Shown in pieces: positions 13,206 through 24,635 of a stretch of DNA of 64,000 bases (its first letter is position 1; the number at the start of each line of letters is the position of its first letter). This DNA comes from Hemiscyllium ocellatum. Its lineage: Eukaryota. The position numbers and the translations under genes are program-made. A model generated the notes under the pieces. The model was not told the origin of the DNA, searched no databases, and saw only the letters and a list, made by a program, of their open reading frames with translations. The stretch spans positions 4,667,239 to 4,731,238 of the forward strand of contig NW_026867487.1 in NCBI RefSeq assembly GCF_020745735.1. Direction: 5' to 3'.

Positions 13206-13500
13206 TGTCACTGTATTTCCACATATGGAGTCAGATATTACGAGGGGGCATAGCTTTAAATTAAGGGGTGGTATGTATAGGACAGATGTTAGGGGTAGAT
13301 TCTTTACTCAGCGAGTTGTGAGTTCATGGAATGCCCTGCCAGTAGCAGTGGTGGACTCTCCCTCTTTATGGGCATTTAAACGGGCATTGGATAGACATAT
13401 CTCAGAGGATAGTGGGCTAGTGTAGGTTAGGTGGGCTTGGATCGTCGCAACATCGAGGGCCGAAGGGCCTGTACTGCGCTGTATTTTTCTGTGTTCTATC
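13206..13500 (+). mobile_element. CR1 3' end
   Basis: RGHSFKLRGG..RGRFFTQRVVSSWNALP, then tail gggccgaagggcctgtactgcgctgta. Confidence 0.8.
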
Positions 13501-14244
13501 ACTGTCACCGTGATTGGGCTAGGGGGCTGTCAATCTCAGTGAAAATGCTGTGTGGGTGAAAGAGAGCCAATGACCGAGCAACAACTCAGCTTTGCTGACC
13601 AATAGGAATCAAAGTGGGGTGGTGGGGGGCGTGTGCTCTCGGAGTTGAAATGAATGACATTCTGAAGACAGCGGGTGTGTCTTTTTTTGTGTGTGAACTT
13701 TGTGCCGTTATGTTTTCCTGAGTGCTGTTACTGAGCTATAACTAAGCAAAACAAAAAGTAATATTTTGAATCCGCCCCGCGTCTGGTACTCTCTTTGAAA
13801 GAAAGGATATCAGGGAGATTGTTACAACAATGAGAGATGATATCTTAGAAAACGCTTTCATCAAACTCCTATGGGTACAGATTGTAGAGCCGGTAAAGAG
13901 GCAAATTTCAGGAAAGTCTAAACATAAGATCGTGATAGTGGGGGATTTTTAACTTCCCCAACATTAACTGTGGTCGTCATTCTGTGAAAGGTTTAAAGGA
14001 ACTTATAAAATGGATGCAGGAGAGCAGTTGAGGCCAGTTATATAGAAATTCCCCAACCAGGAAGGGGGAGCTCTTGCAATCAATTTTAGATCACAAAGAC
14101 AGACAAATCTTTAAATAAGCAGGGAGGGAGTATTTTTCAGACCAATGTCGTAACTCATTTAAAGTGATTCAGGAATATTTTGGAGAAAGAAAATCAAAGA
14201 TGGACCTCAAATCGGAGTCGTAATCAGGTTGATTTTAATAAGGA

Positions 14245-14752
14245 GAAAGTGAGGACTGCAGATGCTGGAGATCAGAGCTGAAAAATGTGTTGCTGGAAAA
14301 GCGCAGCAGGTCAGGCAGCATCCAAGGAGCAGGAGAATCGACGTTTTGGGCATGAACCCTTCTTCAGGAATGAGGAAAGTGTGTCCAGCAGGCTGAGATA
14401 AAAGGGAGGGAGGAGGGACTTGGGGAGGGGAGTTGGAAATGCGATAGGTGGAAGGAGGTTAAGGTGAGGGTGATAGGCTGGAGTGGGGGTGGGGGCGGAC
14501 AGGTCAGGAAGAAGATTGAAGGTTAGGAAGGCTGTGCTGAGTTTGAGGGATTTGACTGAGACAAGGTGGGGGGAGGGAAAATGAGGAAACTGGAGAAATC
14601 TGAGTCACCCCTTGTGGTTGGAGGGTTCCTAGGCCGAAGATGAGGCACTCTTCCTCCAGCCGTCGTGTTGCTATGGTCTGGCGATGGAGGAATCCAAGGA
14701 CCTGCATGTCCTTGGTGGAGTGGGAGGGGGAGTTGGAAGTGTTGAGCCACGG
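14245..14752 (-). mobile_element. Penelope-like element 3' fragment (end of GIY-YIG region plus terminus)
   Basis: SPSHSTKDMQVLG..RRLEEECLIFGLGTLQPQG matches the end of the element at 25382-27817; hammerhead copy near 14335-14372 has G12 changed to A. Confidence 0.85.
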
Positions 14753-14849
14753 AGCCACATAGAAAAATACAGCGCAGTACAGGCCCTTCGGCCCTCGATG
14801 TTGCGACGATCCAAGCCCACCTAACCTACACTCGCCCACTATCCTCCAT

Positions 14850-15330
14850 ATACGCAGAAAGATGCTGCGAAACTTGAAAGGGTTCAAAAACATTTACAAG
14901 AATGTTGCCAGAGTTGGAGGAATTCAGCTACAGGGAGAGGTTGAATAGACTGGGCTTGTTTTTCCTGGAGCGCAGAGGCTAAGGTGTGACCTGATAGAGG
15001 TTTATAAAATCTTGAAGGGCATGGATAGGATAAATAGACAAAGCCTTTTCCGGTGGGGTGTGGAATCCAGAACTAGAAGACATAGGTTTAAGGTGAGAGG
15101 GGAAAGATATAAAAGAGACGTGTTTGGAATGAGCTGCCAGAGGAAGTGATGGAGGCTGGTAGAATTGCAACATTTAAATGGCAACAGGATGGGTATATGG
15201 ATAGGAAGAGTTTGGAGGGATATGGGCCGGGTGCTGGCAGGTGGGACTAGATTGGGTAGGGATAGCTGATGGACAAGTTGGATTACAGGGTCTGTTTCTG
15301 GGCTGTACCTCTCTATGACTCTATGACTCT
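14850..15330 (+). mobile_element. CR1 3' fragment
   Basis: gaaagggttcaaaaacatttacaagaatgttgcca...gacctgatagaggtttataaaat, tail ctctatgactctatgac. Confidence 0.75.
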
Positions 15331-15519
15331 CTAACCTGAAATAATGCAGATCCCACTAATGCTGATCTTGCACATCGCATGCTGTGTTCAATGTAACTTG
15401 TATACCTCTGCCTAAGCCTTTTTGATGTGTACATCTGTGCTTACTATGGTATGCCGGTACTGCTCGTAAAACAAGCTTTTTTTATTGTACCTCAGTACCT
15501 TTTGACAATCAATCAGTCA

Positions 15520-17000
15520 AAATTCAGATGGGGAGTGAGAGAAAGATGTGCTCTTGTTAGTGGTATTCTACTGAAATGGAGGGGAATGATCCTTTGAATG
15601 GAAAGAATCGTTGGATGAGAAGGGGGCCCAATCATGCTATTGTGAGTGATGAGAAAGGGCAAGAAAAAAACACGGCTGAAAGGTCGGATGGGATTGGGAG
15701 TCCTGTCAACCACTATAAGTGGAAAACTGCGGTAATGGAAGAAGAAAACCACGTCAGTAGCGTTGTTTACAAAGGTGGTATCATCCAATGAGATACGACC
15801 CTGTTGAAGGAACTAGGAGAATGGGATGGACTCCTCACAGGACTCGAGGTGCGAAGAGCTGAGGTGAAGGTAGCTTTGTGAGTCACTGGTTTTGTAGTGA
15901 ATGACAGTGTGCAGTTTATTTTCTGAAATGGAATTGGAGAGGTCAAGGGAAGGAAGGGAAATGGATGATGTGAAAGTTATAGAGGCATGTAAATTGAAAG
16001 AAGAATTATCAAATTTCTCAAGATCCAGGCTGGAGCACGAAGTGGTACATTGATTAGGTTAAATTACTTACACTGTGGAAACAGGCCCTTCAACCCAACA
16101 AGTCCACACTGACTCTCCGAACAGAAGCCCATCCAGACCCACTCCCCTACATTTACCCCTGCACCTAACACTACAGGCAGGTTAGCATGTGCAATTCACC
16201 TAACCTGCACATTTTTGGACTGTGGGAGGAAACCCAAACAGACACGGGGAGAATGTACAAACTACACACAGACCTGAGGTGGGAATTGAACCCAGGTCTC
16301 TGGCGCTATGAGGCAGCAGTGCTAACCACTGTGCCACCCAGAAGTAGCCATCAATGTATCGAAGTGATATTTGTACATCTGGGCCAGTGTAGGACTGGAA
16401 TAAGGATTATTCCAAGTGCATCACAAAGAGGCAGACACAACTTGGACCCATGCGGGGCCCATGGCCACCCATTTCACTTGGTGGAAGTGAGATAAATTAA
16501 AGGAGAAGTTGTTCAGTGAGAGAAAACTTTCAGCCAAGCAGAGGAGAGTGATGATGGATGGAAATTATTCAGGCATGTGGTCGAGAGAGAAGCTGAAGGA
16601 TCTCAGATCATCCTTGTGGCAAATGGAGGTATAGAGAGATTGGACATGAATGGTGAAGAGGAGACAGAGACAGGGAACTGGAAATTGTCATTATAGCAGA
16701 GGGCATTAGTGGAATCATGGATGTTGGTTGTCAAGATCTGTACAAGTGGAGAGAAGATGGAGTCAAGGTATGAGGAAATTAGCTTGGTATGCGCAGTAAG
16801 AGTCTGATTCGATGGTCCTACTTGGGAAGTTTGGTTTGTGGATTTTGTGAAGCAGATAAAAGCTGGATGTCGGGGGTTGGGAGGCTATCCGGGTGGAAAC
16901 CGTGACGGGGGGGTGGGGGTAGTCTCCAGAGGTAATGAGGGAGGTGACAGTTTTGGCAACAATGGTTTGATGTCTGGATGTGGGGAGGTGCATGGGGAGG
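15520..17000 (-). mobile_element. old degenerate Penelope-like RT fragments
   Basis: ORF 15513-15788 (HPTILSIQRIIPLHF) and ORF 16763-17047 (FYLLHKIHKPNFPSR) resemble the Penelope ORF at 25.7-27.5 kb. Confidence 0.6.
16033..16339 (-). mobile_element. HE1/V-SINE-like SINE
   Basis: reverse complement of the element at 9706-10012. Confidence 0.85.
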
Positions 17001-17356
17001 ATGGGAAGAATTATCTGCAAATTGCATTGGTCCTCCACACGATACATAAGGGTGCACCAGACAACACTGGCACTATCTGTATGAAAATATTTGAAGTTGG
17101 GGTTAGACCTGAAAGAGCAAAATACAGCCCTTTCAGAGGCAGACAGGTTAGAGTGGTGAGAGGGACAATAAAATTGGGATTGTCAATGTCATGCCATTGG
17201 CTTTCAGTTTGCACCTATACAGTGAATATTGGGAGATCACATTATACAGAATCGATTTTCACCAGTGCACCTCAGTAGCATGGGAAACATTGGTGTTAAC
17301 AGTGCATTCTCTCAGCCATTGTGACAAAAGCTGAGAACACATCGCTCAAACGAAAC

Positions 17357-17394
17357 GTTCTGTAGAGGAGTCATATCAGACTCAAAAAGTTAAC
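17357..17394 (+). ncRNA. degenerate hammerhead motif (family 3); paralogs at 37462-37499 and 56942-56979
   Basis: gtt-ctgtaga-g-gagtc atatca gactc-aaaaa-gtt-aac; the paralog keeps CTGAAGA and GAAA but has one stem II mismatch. Confidence 0.45.
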
Positions 17395-17779
17395 ACTATT
17401 TCCCTCGTGACAGATATTGCCAGATCTGTTGGAGCTCTGTAGCTGTTTCTGATTTTATTTCACATTTCTCAATGATTGCATCATCGCACCATTCCGACGC
17501 ACTTTATGATTTAACTTCAATTTTTGTGTGAACACAAAGCAGTCTTTGCAGAGACTCTTGAAAAATTGCTATTGTTGACTTTATTTCAAGTCGGGGGGAG
17601 AAAGTGAGGAGCTGCATCATTCTTGACGAAGAGCTTAAGCTCAAAACATCGACCCTCCTGATCCTTGGATGCTTGGATCTGCTGTGATTGTCCAGTGCCA
17701 CACTTTTGACTTTATTTCAATTGGCCACAGCAGGGTATTGGGTGAAGTTTTCCATAAGCAACAATCATGCCTCGGTTAA

Positions 17780-18730
17780 ACATCTTTTAATTTCAAAAAA
17801 TATAGTTTATTCATAAGACAAATCTCTTTGTGTATATACATTCAACCAAAAAACTGTTCAGTTCTGCACAGTTGCATATCAAGTAAACACAAACAACCTT
17901 CGAGTTTGATCATACACAAAACCAAAAACCTCTCTTGCACAAAGATTACTATTATTTATATATTTTTGACACACTAAGAGAGTCCAATATTTGAATTGAC
18001 CCCCATTTACCTTCAACAGGAAGGCCTCAGACGGTGGTTTTTCCCCACTGTGTCTTGGCAGTAGCTGCCCTAAACTTTGACGTGGACCTCAGCAAGTATT
18101 CCTGGTCATTGGAATATGTCAACCTGCAAAACTCGATTGGATAGGTAAAAACAATGACTGCAGATGCTGGAAACCAGATTTTGGATTGGTGGTGCTGGAA
18201 GAACACAGCAGTCTAGGCAGCATCCAAAATATTTTGGATTGGTGGTGCTGGAAGAACGCAGCAGTTCAGGCAGCATCTGAGGAGCAGCACCGAGGATGCT
18301 GCCTGAACTGCTGTGCTCTTCCAGCACCACCAATCCAAACACTCGATTGGAGTTAGCTCCTTGTTCTGGATGACGAACAAGGCTCGGGCAGATCAAAGAG
18401 TGTCTTTCAATGTTTTTTTTCAATGGTCCTCAAGATGTAGTTGATGCTTGTAAAGGTGTGTTTCCTAGGGAACGGACTGTAGACTACATGGAGCAGCCCA
18501 GGACGAACCTCAACAAAGAGCATTGTATTTTACTTACTTGGCAAGAGCTAATTTCAGCAGGAGGTGTGCGACAGTCTCAACCCCTCAGCAGCTGGTTCAA
18601 GGGCAGTGTCCGGTGATACAGGTGGACCATGGATGCATGGTAGTGCTCCTCTCACCACCAGCCAAGTAATGTCTTCCAACAGGGACTGTATTGAAAATGT
18701 TGTTTCAATTCTGAGGATGGGGCACGGGAC
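17780..18730 (-). mobile_element. Tx1/L1-clade LINE 3' fragment; paralogs at ~37895-38610 and ~57375-58090
   Basis: minus strand encodes GVETVAHLLL and QEYLLRSTSKFRAATAKTQWG, resembling the C-terminus of Tx1-like ORF2 (recognised from memory). Confidence 0.6.
18142..18340. mobile_element. 199-bp Penelope-terminus-derived insertion with an internal hairpin
   Basis: 11-bp direct repeat ACTCGATTGGA at 18131-18141 and 18341-18351; insert absent from the paralog near 38240. Confidence 0.8.
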
Positions 18731-19859
18731 ACAAAATGTAAACTTTGATTTCTCTGCACAGATGCCACCAGACCTGCCGAGTTTTTCCAGAAACCCCCGT
18801 TTTTGTACCAGTGTCAGTCCATTTGTTTACTGACCCACAAGGGAAACCTCACCTGCAGTCACTGATAAGTGTCCAGACCATTAGATGAGCAGAATCCTAA
18901 AAGAGTTATACATCCAAGAATAAACTAAATCGATTTGAAAATTCCAAATATCGGGATTATAATACTGCATGTAACTTTCTCTCAAAGTAAATCACCATCT
19001 CACCTTGAATATATTCTTTCAGTGTCACTGAATCAAAATTGTGGAACTCCCTTGCTAACAGCACTGTGGGTATCCTTTCAAGATCACCTTCTCTAATCCA
19101 ATTTGTGGTCACAGTCGTATTCGGTTTCTCTTAAATGTCGCTAGAGGGATGAGAGGACTCCTCTAGCCCTTATACAACTGTCTTTATCAGATGTAAAATA
19201 TAAGAAATTTAGGTGCGGGGTGAGGAATGTTGATCTATGGACAGCCGAGCAAGCAGAAACCACATGCGACTGGGACTTTCACTGGTGACTTTGATTAAGC
19301 AGCCGTTATTGAGTGTGTTTACGTGTTCAGTTTTGTTCAGATCGGAGCTACATCCCACTTTCTGGTTGGTATTTGAAAGTAAACCTGCATTATCCTCTAC
19401 CAACGAATCTGTCCTTCGCTATTCTGAAACCACTAACATGCAGCTGCAGGAGCAGTGCTTAATATCCCGCAACACGTTTGATGCTATTCAGGTTGCTCCA
19501 GCGACGCACTGACCGATCAGAATCACGTGACCTATCAGAATCACGTGACCTATCATTGTTTCCATCACCAAAATGTTTGGATTTTGTTGGAGGAAACGTG
19601 CTGCTGTATTTTCTACATCGCTCATAGTAGTAAACGCAAAACACTTTGTTACATGTCAAAAGACATGAAATCATGAGTTCACTTTTCATTCACTAAAACT
19701 GACAGTTTCAGCTTATTCCAATAATACATTTATAACGAATAAAGTTTTGCATTCAAATCAAAAATATCAGACATCACCGTGAATTTGCGAACCCTTTCAG
19801 ATCCTCTCCTCACCTCGCCGTTTGCCTGACACACTGTCATGTTCAGTGACTCCCTGACA

Positions 19860-19898
19860 AGTTTTTGTACAGGATCGGCCCAGTTCTGAGTCTCAGTG
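19860..19898 (-). other. 23-RSS
   Basis: heptamer CACTGAG (19898-19892), 23-bp spacer, nonamer ACAAAAACT (19868-19860). Confidence 0.85.
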
Positions 19899-20979
19899 GG
19901 GCGCAGTGCGCAGTAATACATTGCAGAGTCTGCCAGTTCTGTTTTCACCACTTTCAGCTTGATGGTGTGATTCACATGATCGAGCTCTGAGGATAACCGG
20001 TCTCCGTGAAACTTCTCTGCGTTCCCGTCAAATTTGTTCCTCATTAGCAGAAACTCCATGGAACCACTGGAATGTTGACGGTACCAGTAAAGGTCCGGAG
20101 TGCTGCTTGTTGTAGTGTAATTACAGAACAACTGGACACTGTTCCCCTCATTCACTGCGATCGAAGCCGGTGTCTGTGAGACAGAATCTCCTCGACAAAG
20201 TCCTGTAAAATTGATCGACCAATTTATTTGATCGGTTAATTGATCGACTTATTCACACGTGCACTTCAGCGCAGTGAAAAGCTTTGTTTACGAGCGGTAT
20301 AGGCAGATCATAGTTTTAAAAAATGATTTACAGATCATAGAATGGGAAGAACAAATTTAGACTGAGGCATACAGGTTATGTCGCAAAGGTCAGCATTAGC
20401 AAGTTCAGCACTTGAAGTTAGAGACTCCAGGAGAATCCAGAAATTACAGAAAACACTACATTATTCTTATGCCACAGTCATCCTTGAACAATTATCTGAG
20501 AAATAAGGCAGGGAAGATAAACAGGAATTAATTTCATGCAACTCAGCAGATGTACGGCTTTGACAGATTGAATAAAACCTCCTTCAATAAACAGATCACA
20601 CCGTCCATCGAGGTCATTTTCCATTTCGCTCCCGATCCCGAAGGGAAAACTGCAGACGGTATGTGAGTTTAAAGGTCTCACCTCTGTCAAAGTATCTGAA
20701 TGGACCCAGTTCTGCTTAACTCCCAGCCTAGCTCCTCCACTGACTTTCACTCGGGGACGTTCGCTATCTCATCCCAAACAGCGCTGGGGTTGGAAAAGTT
20801 TGGCTCCACGTGAATATTTTCATTTGGAGAGAATGTATCGGTGCCTCTGTGTTGAATGAACTGCGGGTTTAAATGCAATTGCCGCTGCGGATCTGAATCA
20901 CAAAGATCCTGAAAGTATCAAACCTACCCGTTAGAACAGCTGCAGCTGCGAGGAATAAACGCAGTGCTTCTGGCGACAT
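19899..20979 (-). CDS. TRAV: TCR alpha/delta V segment, family c, copy A (leader 20979-20928, V exon 20202-19899)
   Basis: leader MSPEALRLFLAAAAVLT with phase-1 donor gtaggt; acceptor ttttacag; GDSVSQ..LFCNY..WYRQ..DSAMYYCALRP; followed by RSS. Confidence 0.9.
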
Positions 20980-21318
20980 CGTCACAGAGAGATCACAGTG
21001 AATGCGAGCAGAAGTGGGCGAAGCTAAAATAACTTGACTCAAGAATTGCTAACACTTCCGGATCTCTGCCCATTGGTTCATTGTTGACGAAGGCATCAGG
21101 TGGCAACCAATGAGTTTCAAACGCCTTTGTTCTTCAATTCAACCAATCAGCTTCAAGCACCTTGAACTTCATTTCAGATGACCGCAAGACAAAGGAACAG
21201 GATGAAATTATTCACCAGACAACGGGGTTTTACAGGGACTTTAAACAAACATTGACGTTTGGCAGTTTTCTTTGTCCCCAGGCGAAGTCAGAGAAGGAAC
21301 ATGGTTCACATTGTTCGA

Positions 21319-21819
21319 TTTGGAGATGCCGGTGTTGGACTGGGGTGCACAAAGTTATATATCACACAACACCAGGTTGTAGTCCAACAGGTTTATTTGG
21401 AAGCACTGGCTTTTGGAGCGCTGCCCCTTCAACACGTGGTTGTGGAGTATAAGATTGTAAGACACAGAGTTGAGAGCAAAAGGTTACAGTGTGATGTAAC
21501 TGAAATTATGTATTGAAAAAAGTATTGGGCCGACATGGCACCAATTGTTAAAGTTCACTTGAGAATGTAACTTAAAAAAATTCTGCGCTTCATAAATGAG
21601 AGAACTGAAACCAACATGTTCATTCTAAAAGATGAGAGACTTAACAAACAATCCAGGTCTTTTATCAATACATAATTTCAGTTACATCACACTGGAAACT
21701 TTTGCTATAAATTATGTACCTTACGAACTTATACTCCACAACCACCTGATGAAAGACAGCTGGTGCTTTCAAATAAACCTATTAGGCTATAACTTGGTGC
21801 TGTGTGACTTTAAAATGTG
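21319..21819. mobile_element. 501-bp foldback insertion made of inverted Penelope-type termini
   Basis: inverted arms at ~21361-21523 and ~21659-21810; flanked by TTGTTCGA / TTGTTGGA; absent from the paralog near 41215. Confidence 0.7.
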
Positions 21820-22757
21820 TTGTTGGAGTGTCAGAACTTGAGTTCCTCAATTAAGAGTACAGCTCTCTGACGTTTTGAAAACTTGCTTGAGCTGAAGGTC
21901 AGTGTGTATGAAGTATTTGGAGACAGTGATGATATCAATTTTAAAAAAACCTACATCTTCAGTTACTTAAATGGTAGAGTGGAATATTGATTTAGCTGCA
22001 TTTTCTGATAAGATTCATAGCTGTCGACATTCCTTTAATTTTACATTGTTCCATATCTATACCGGATACATTGCTGCACCTAGAGAAAATGGTTCAATGC
22101 CACATTTTCAAGGCTTATTAGTGATGCACGCCAGAAATGCATGCGGCACCCAAATACTATAATTGATTTTTAAAAGAAAGACGTGATGATTCACTTTCTC
22201 TAAAAGTCTGCATGGGAATGGCGAGAGAGCAGAGGTACGCATTAAGACAAATCTTGACAGAAGAGAATGTATTTTGCAAAAGACACAAAGCGAAATGGCA
22301 AGGCAAGCGATGAGGATGGCACAAAGAGTGCAAGGAGGGCATAAAGAGTTTAAGAGAGTGGGACTACCGCTTCCTCTGGCGGGATATCGAAAAGACGTCT
22401 CCTTGCACCACAAGGAAATGAACAACTCAATCAATGGGATGATATCGAATGATTAGCTTGTTGGAATCATTTTTGAGATGACTGGATTGTGTAACTGTTA
22501 ATGAAATGTGAATGATGTTGAAAGAAATTGTTATGTTATTTCTTTCTCTCATTTTTGTATTTCACTGATGTTAGCATATGCGAGTATGCTTGCGATGCCT
22601 TCGCCCACATTTCCATTTCTGTTCACTTCTTCCACTTACGTCTTGCTCGGTTGTATTATCTCTTTTTCTTTGTTACCACATTCCCCTTGACATCGAATTA
22701 TAGAGCCCTGGAATAATAACATTGATACTCAGTACTGCGACCCGCCAACTTGGTATA

Positions 22758-22796
22758 GGCTTTTGTCCAGATTCTTCCTCTGTTTGTAACACTGTG
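22758..22796 (-). other. 23-RSS
   Basis: CACAGTG (22796-22790), 23-bp spacer, ACAAAAGCC (22766-22758). Confidence 0.9.
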
Positions 22797-23133
22797 CCCC
22801 CATTGGCGCAGAGATAGACGGCGGTGTCGTTAGGTCTAGTGTCTCTCACACTTAGGACAGTGTGTTTGTAGTCCGCACTGACTGAAGCAGAGACCCTGTC
22901 CTGTTGATCAGCTTCTCTTTTGGCCAGCACCAGATACTGGGCTGGCTGGTTCGAGAACTGTCAGTACCAATGCACTATGCCAGATGCCGTTGCTATGGCG
23001 CACTCTATGGAAGTGTTTTCTGCCTCCTTAACAACTGTCCACTGAGCAAGTTGCGTGACTTCATCCTCTCCCGTTTCTACCTTGTAGATCAGAGAGGAAA
23101 GCAGAAAAAAAAACTCGGTAAATTTGAGACATC

Positions 23134-23231
23134 TGAAAATGTGTTCCTGGTTAAAGCACAGCAGGTTAGGCAGCATCCAAGGAATAGGAAATTCGACGTT
23201 TCGGGCATAAGCCCTTCATCAGGAATGAGGA
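23134..23231 (-). mobile_element. 98-bp Penelope-terminus mini-insertion
   Basis: 8-bp direct repeat GAGACATC at 23126-23133 and 23232-23239; single copy of this 8-mer in the paralog. Confidence 0.88.
23191..23226 (-). ncRNA. minimal type I hammerhead ribozyme motif (family 1), intact core
   Basis: attc-CTGATGA-a-gggc ttat gccc-GAAA-c-GTC-gaat on the minus strand. Confidence 0.75.
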
Positions 23232-23830
23232 GAGACATCATCAAGTTACATGAAACGTAAGGTCCACCGAGTTCTGTTGGGGAAAAAAAGAGTTAACAAT
23301 GAGAAAAACACTCTTTTCGTGTCGAACACAGTGTTGCCTTCTTTCGAAGTTGTGAAATAAGTTATGTCTTCGAGTTTATCTTTCCGTACCACGCTTTTCG
23401 CACAATGTGTGTAATGGCACTCCGCTCTCTCATTTAATATATGTCAACGATTCAGCCTGCCCTCTAGTGGCTAAGTCTGGAAATTGTTCTCACCAGAATT
23501 GAATTCACACGATCTTGGTCAATGAAAACCAAAATATCAGATTCCTCCTGTCGCCCCCCACCCCCAAAATATCCTTGCCTGGTTTACTCGACACTTTTTA
23601 TTTCAAATGCAGCACCCAACGATTTCAGGGTATTTTCTTCAAACATTGCAACTGAAACTGTATTCCACACTTCCATCAGCCTGACGAAATTAAGCAAAAG
23701 GTCTCAACATTAATCCGAACATTTTGTCCTGTGATTTGAAGCGGCGTGTCACCTCAGCGTGATGTAATGTGACACACACACACACACACACACACTCTCT
23801 CTCTGATGGGGTCTGCCCAAATAAGGGCCC

Positions 23831-23866
23831 ATTCCTGAAGAAGGGCTTATGCCCGAAATGTCGAAT
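23831..23866 (+). ncRNA. minimal hammerhead motif (family 1); paralogs at 43271-43306 and 62757-62792
   Basis: attc-CTGAAGA-a-gggc ttat gccc-GAAA-t-GTC-gaat; the paralogs have a G to T change right after GTC. Confidence 0.65.
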
Positions 23867-24004
23867 CACCTGTTCCTTGGATGCTGCCTGACCTGCTGCG
23901 CTTTTCCAGCAACACATTTTCAGCTCTGCCCAAAACCAGGCAAGTATCTCTGAAATCTCATTCTCTTGGAAGATGCTGTCCATTCATTATGCTGGTGCTT
24001 CAGA

Positions 24005-24545
24005 AGCTGAAACTAAATGGTGCGGCCGCACTTGGAGTATTGGGCATAGTTCTGGTCACCACATTAGGAAGGATGTGAAAGCTTTGGAAAGAGTTCAGAG
24101 GAGATTTACTGGGATATTGCCTGTTATGGATGAGAGGTTTTACGAGGAAAGGCTGAGGGACTTGAGGATGTTTTCATTGGAGAGAAGAAGGTTGAGAGAT
24201 GAATTAATTGAGACAGAGAAGATAACCAGAGGGTTGGATGGAGAGGACAGCGAGAGCCTTTTTCCTGGGATGGCGATGGCTAGCACGACGGGACATGGCT
24301 TTAAACCGAGAAGTGATAGATATAGGACAAATATCAGAGGTAGTTTCTTTACTCAGAGAGTAGAAGGGGCGTGGAACGCACTTCCTGCAGCAGTAGTAGA
24401 CTTGCCAACTTTAAGGGCATTTGAATGGCCATTGGATAGGCAGGTGGACGAGAACAGAATAATGTAGGTTAGACGGGCTTCAGATCGGTTTCACAGATTG
24501 TCGCAACACCGAGGGCTGAAGGGCCTGTACTGCGCTGGAATGTTC
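24005..24545 (+). mobile_element. CR1 3' end; paralogs at ~43445-43985 and ~62931-63471
   Basis: ORF 23973-24467 (ALERVQRRFT, FSLERRRLRDELIE, FFTQRVEGAWNALP) plus tail. Confidence 0.85.
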
Positions 24546-24635
24546 CATGTCCTAAATGTGGACAGAAGTGAAGCGACAGATAGCGTGCGAAATGAAAACG
24601 AGTCGGGGACTTGGTAAATTTTAGGTTTTTGCTTT

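Larger units (their letters stand above)
22797..23241 (-). pseudogene. TRAV: TCR V segment, family d, copy A (pseudogene)
   Basis: TGA in FR2 at 22963-22961 (AGA in paralogs); 98-bp insertion at the start codon; 9-nt A run versus 8 nt in paralogs shifts the leader frame; YLCANGG then RSS. Confidence 0.88.

Noticed and set aside
20478-20750. Minus-strand ORF with a donor-like gtgaga as a candidate family c leader
   Set aside because: It is not hydrophobic, and a proper leader with a conserved phase-1 donor exists at 20979-20928.
20994-21000. Plus-strand CACAGTG just upstream of the family c leader; another at 23327-23333
   Set aside because: No nonamer at 12 or 23 bp, and the first is CACAGCG in the paralogs.
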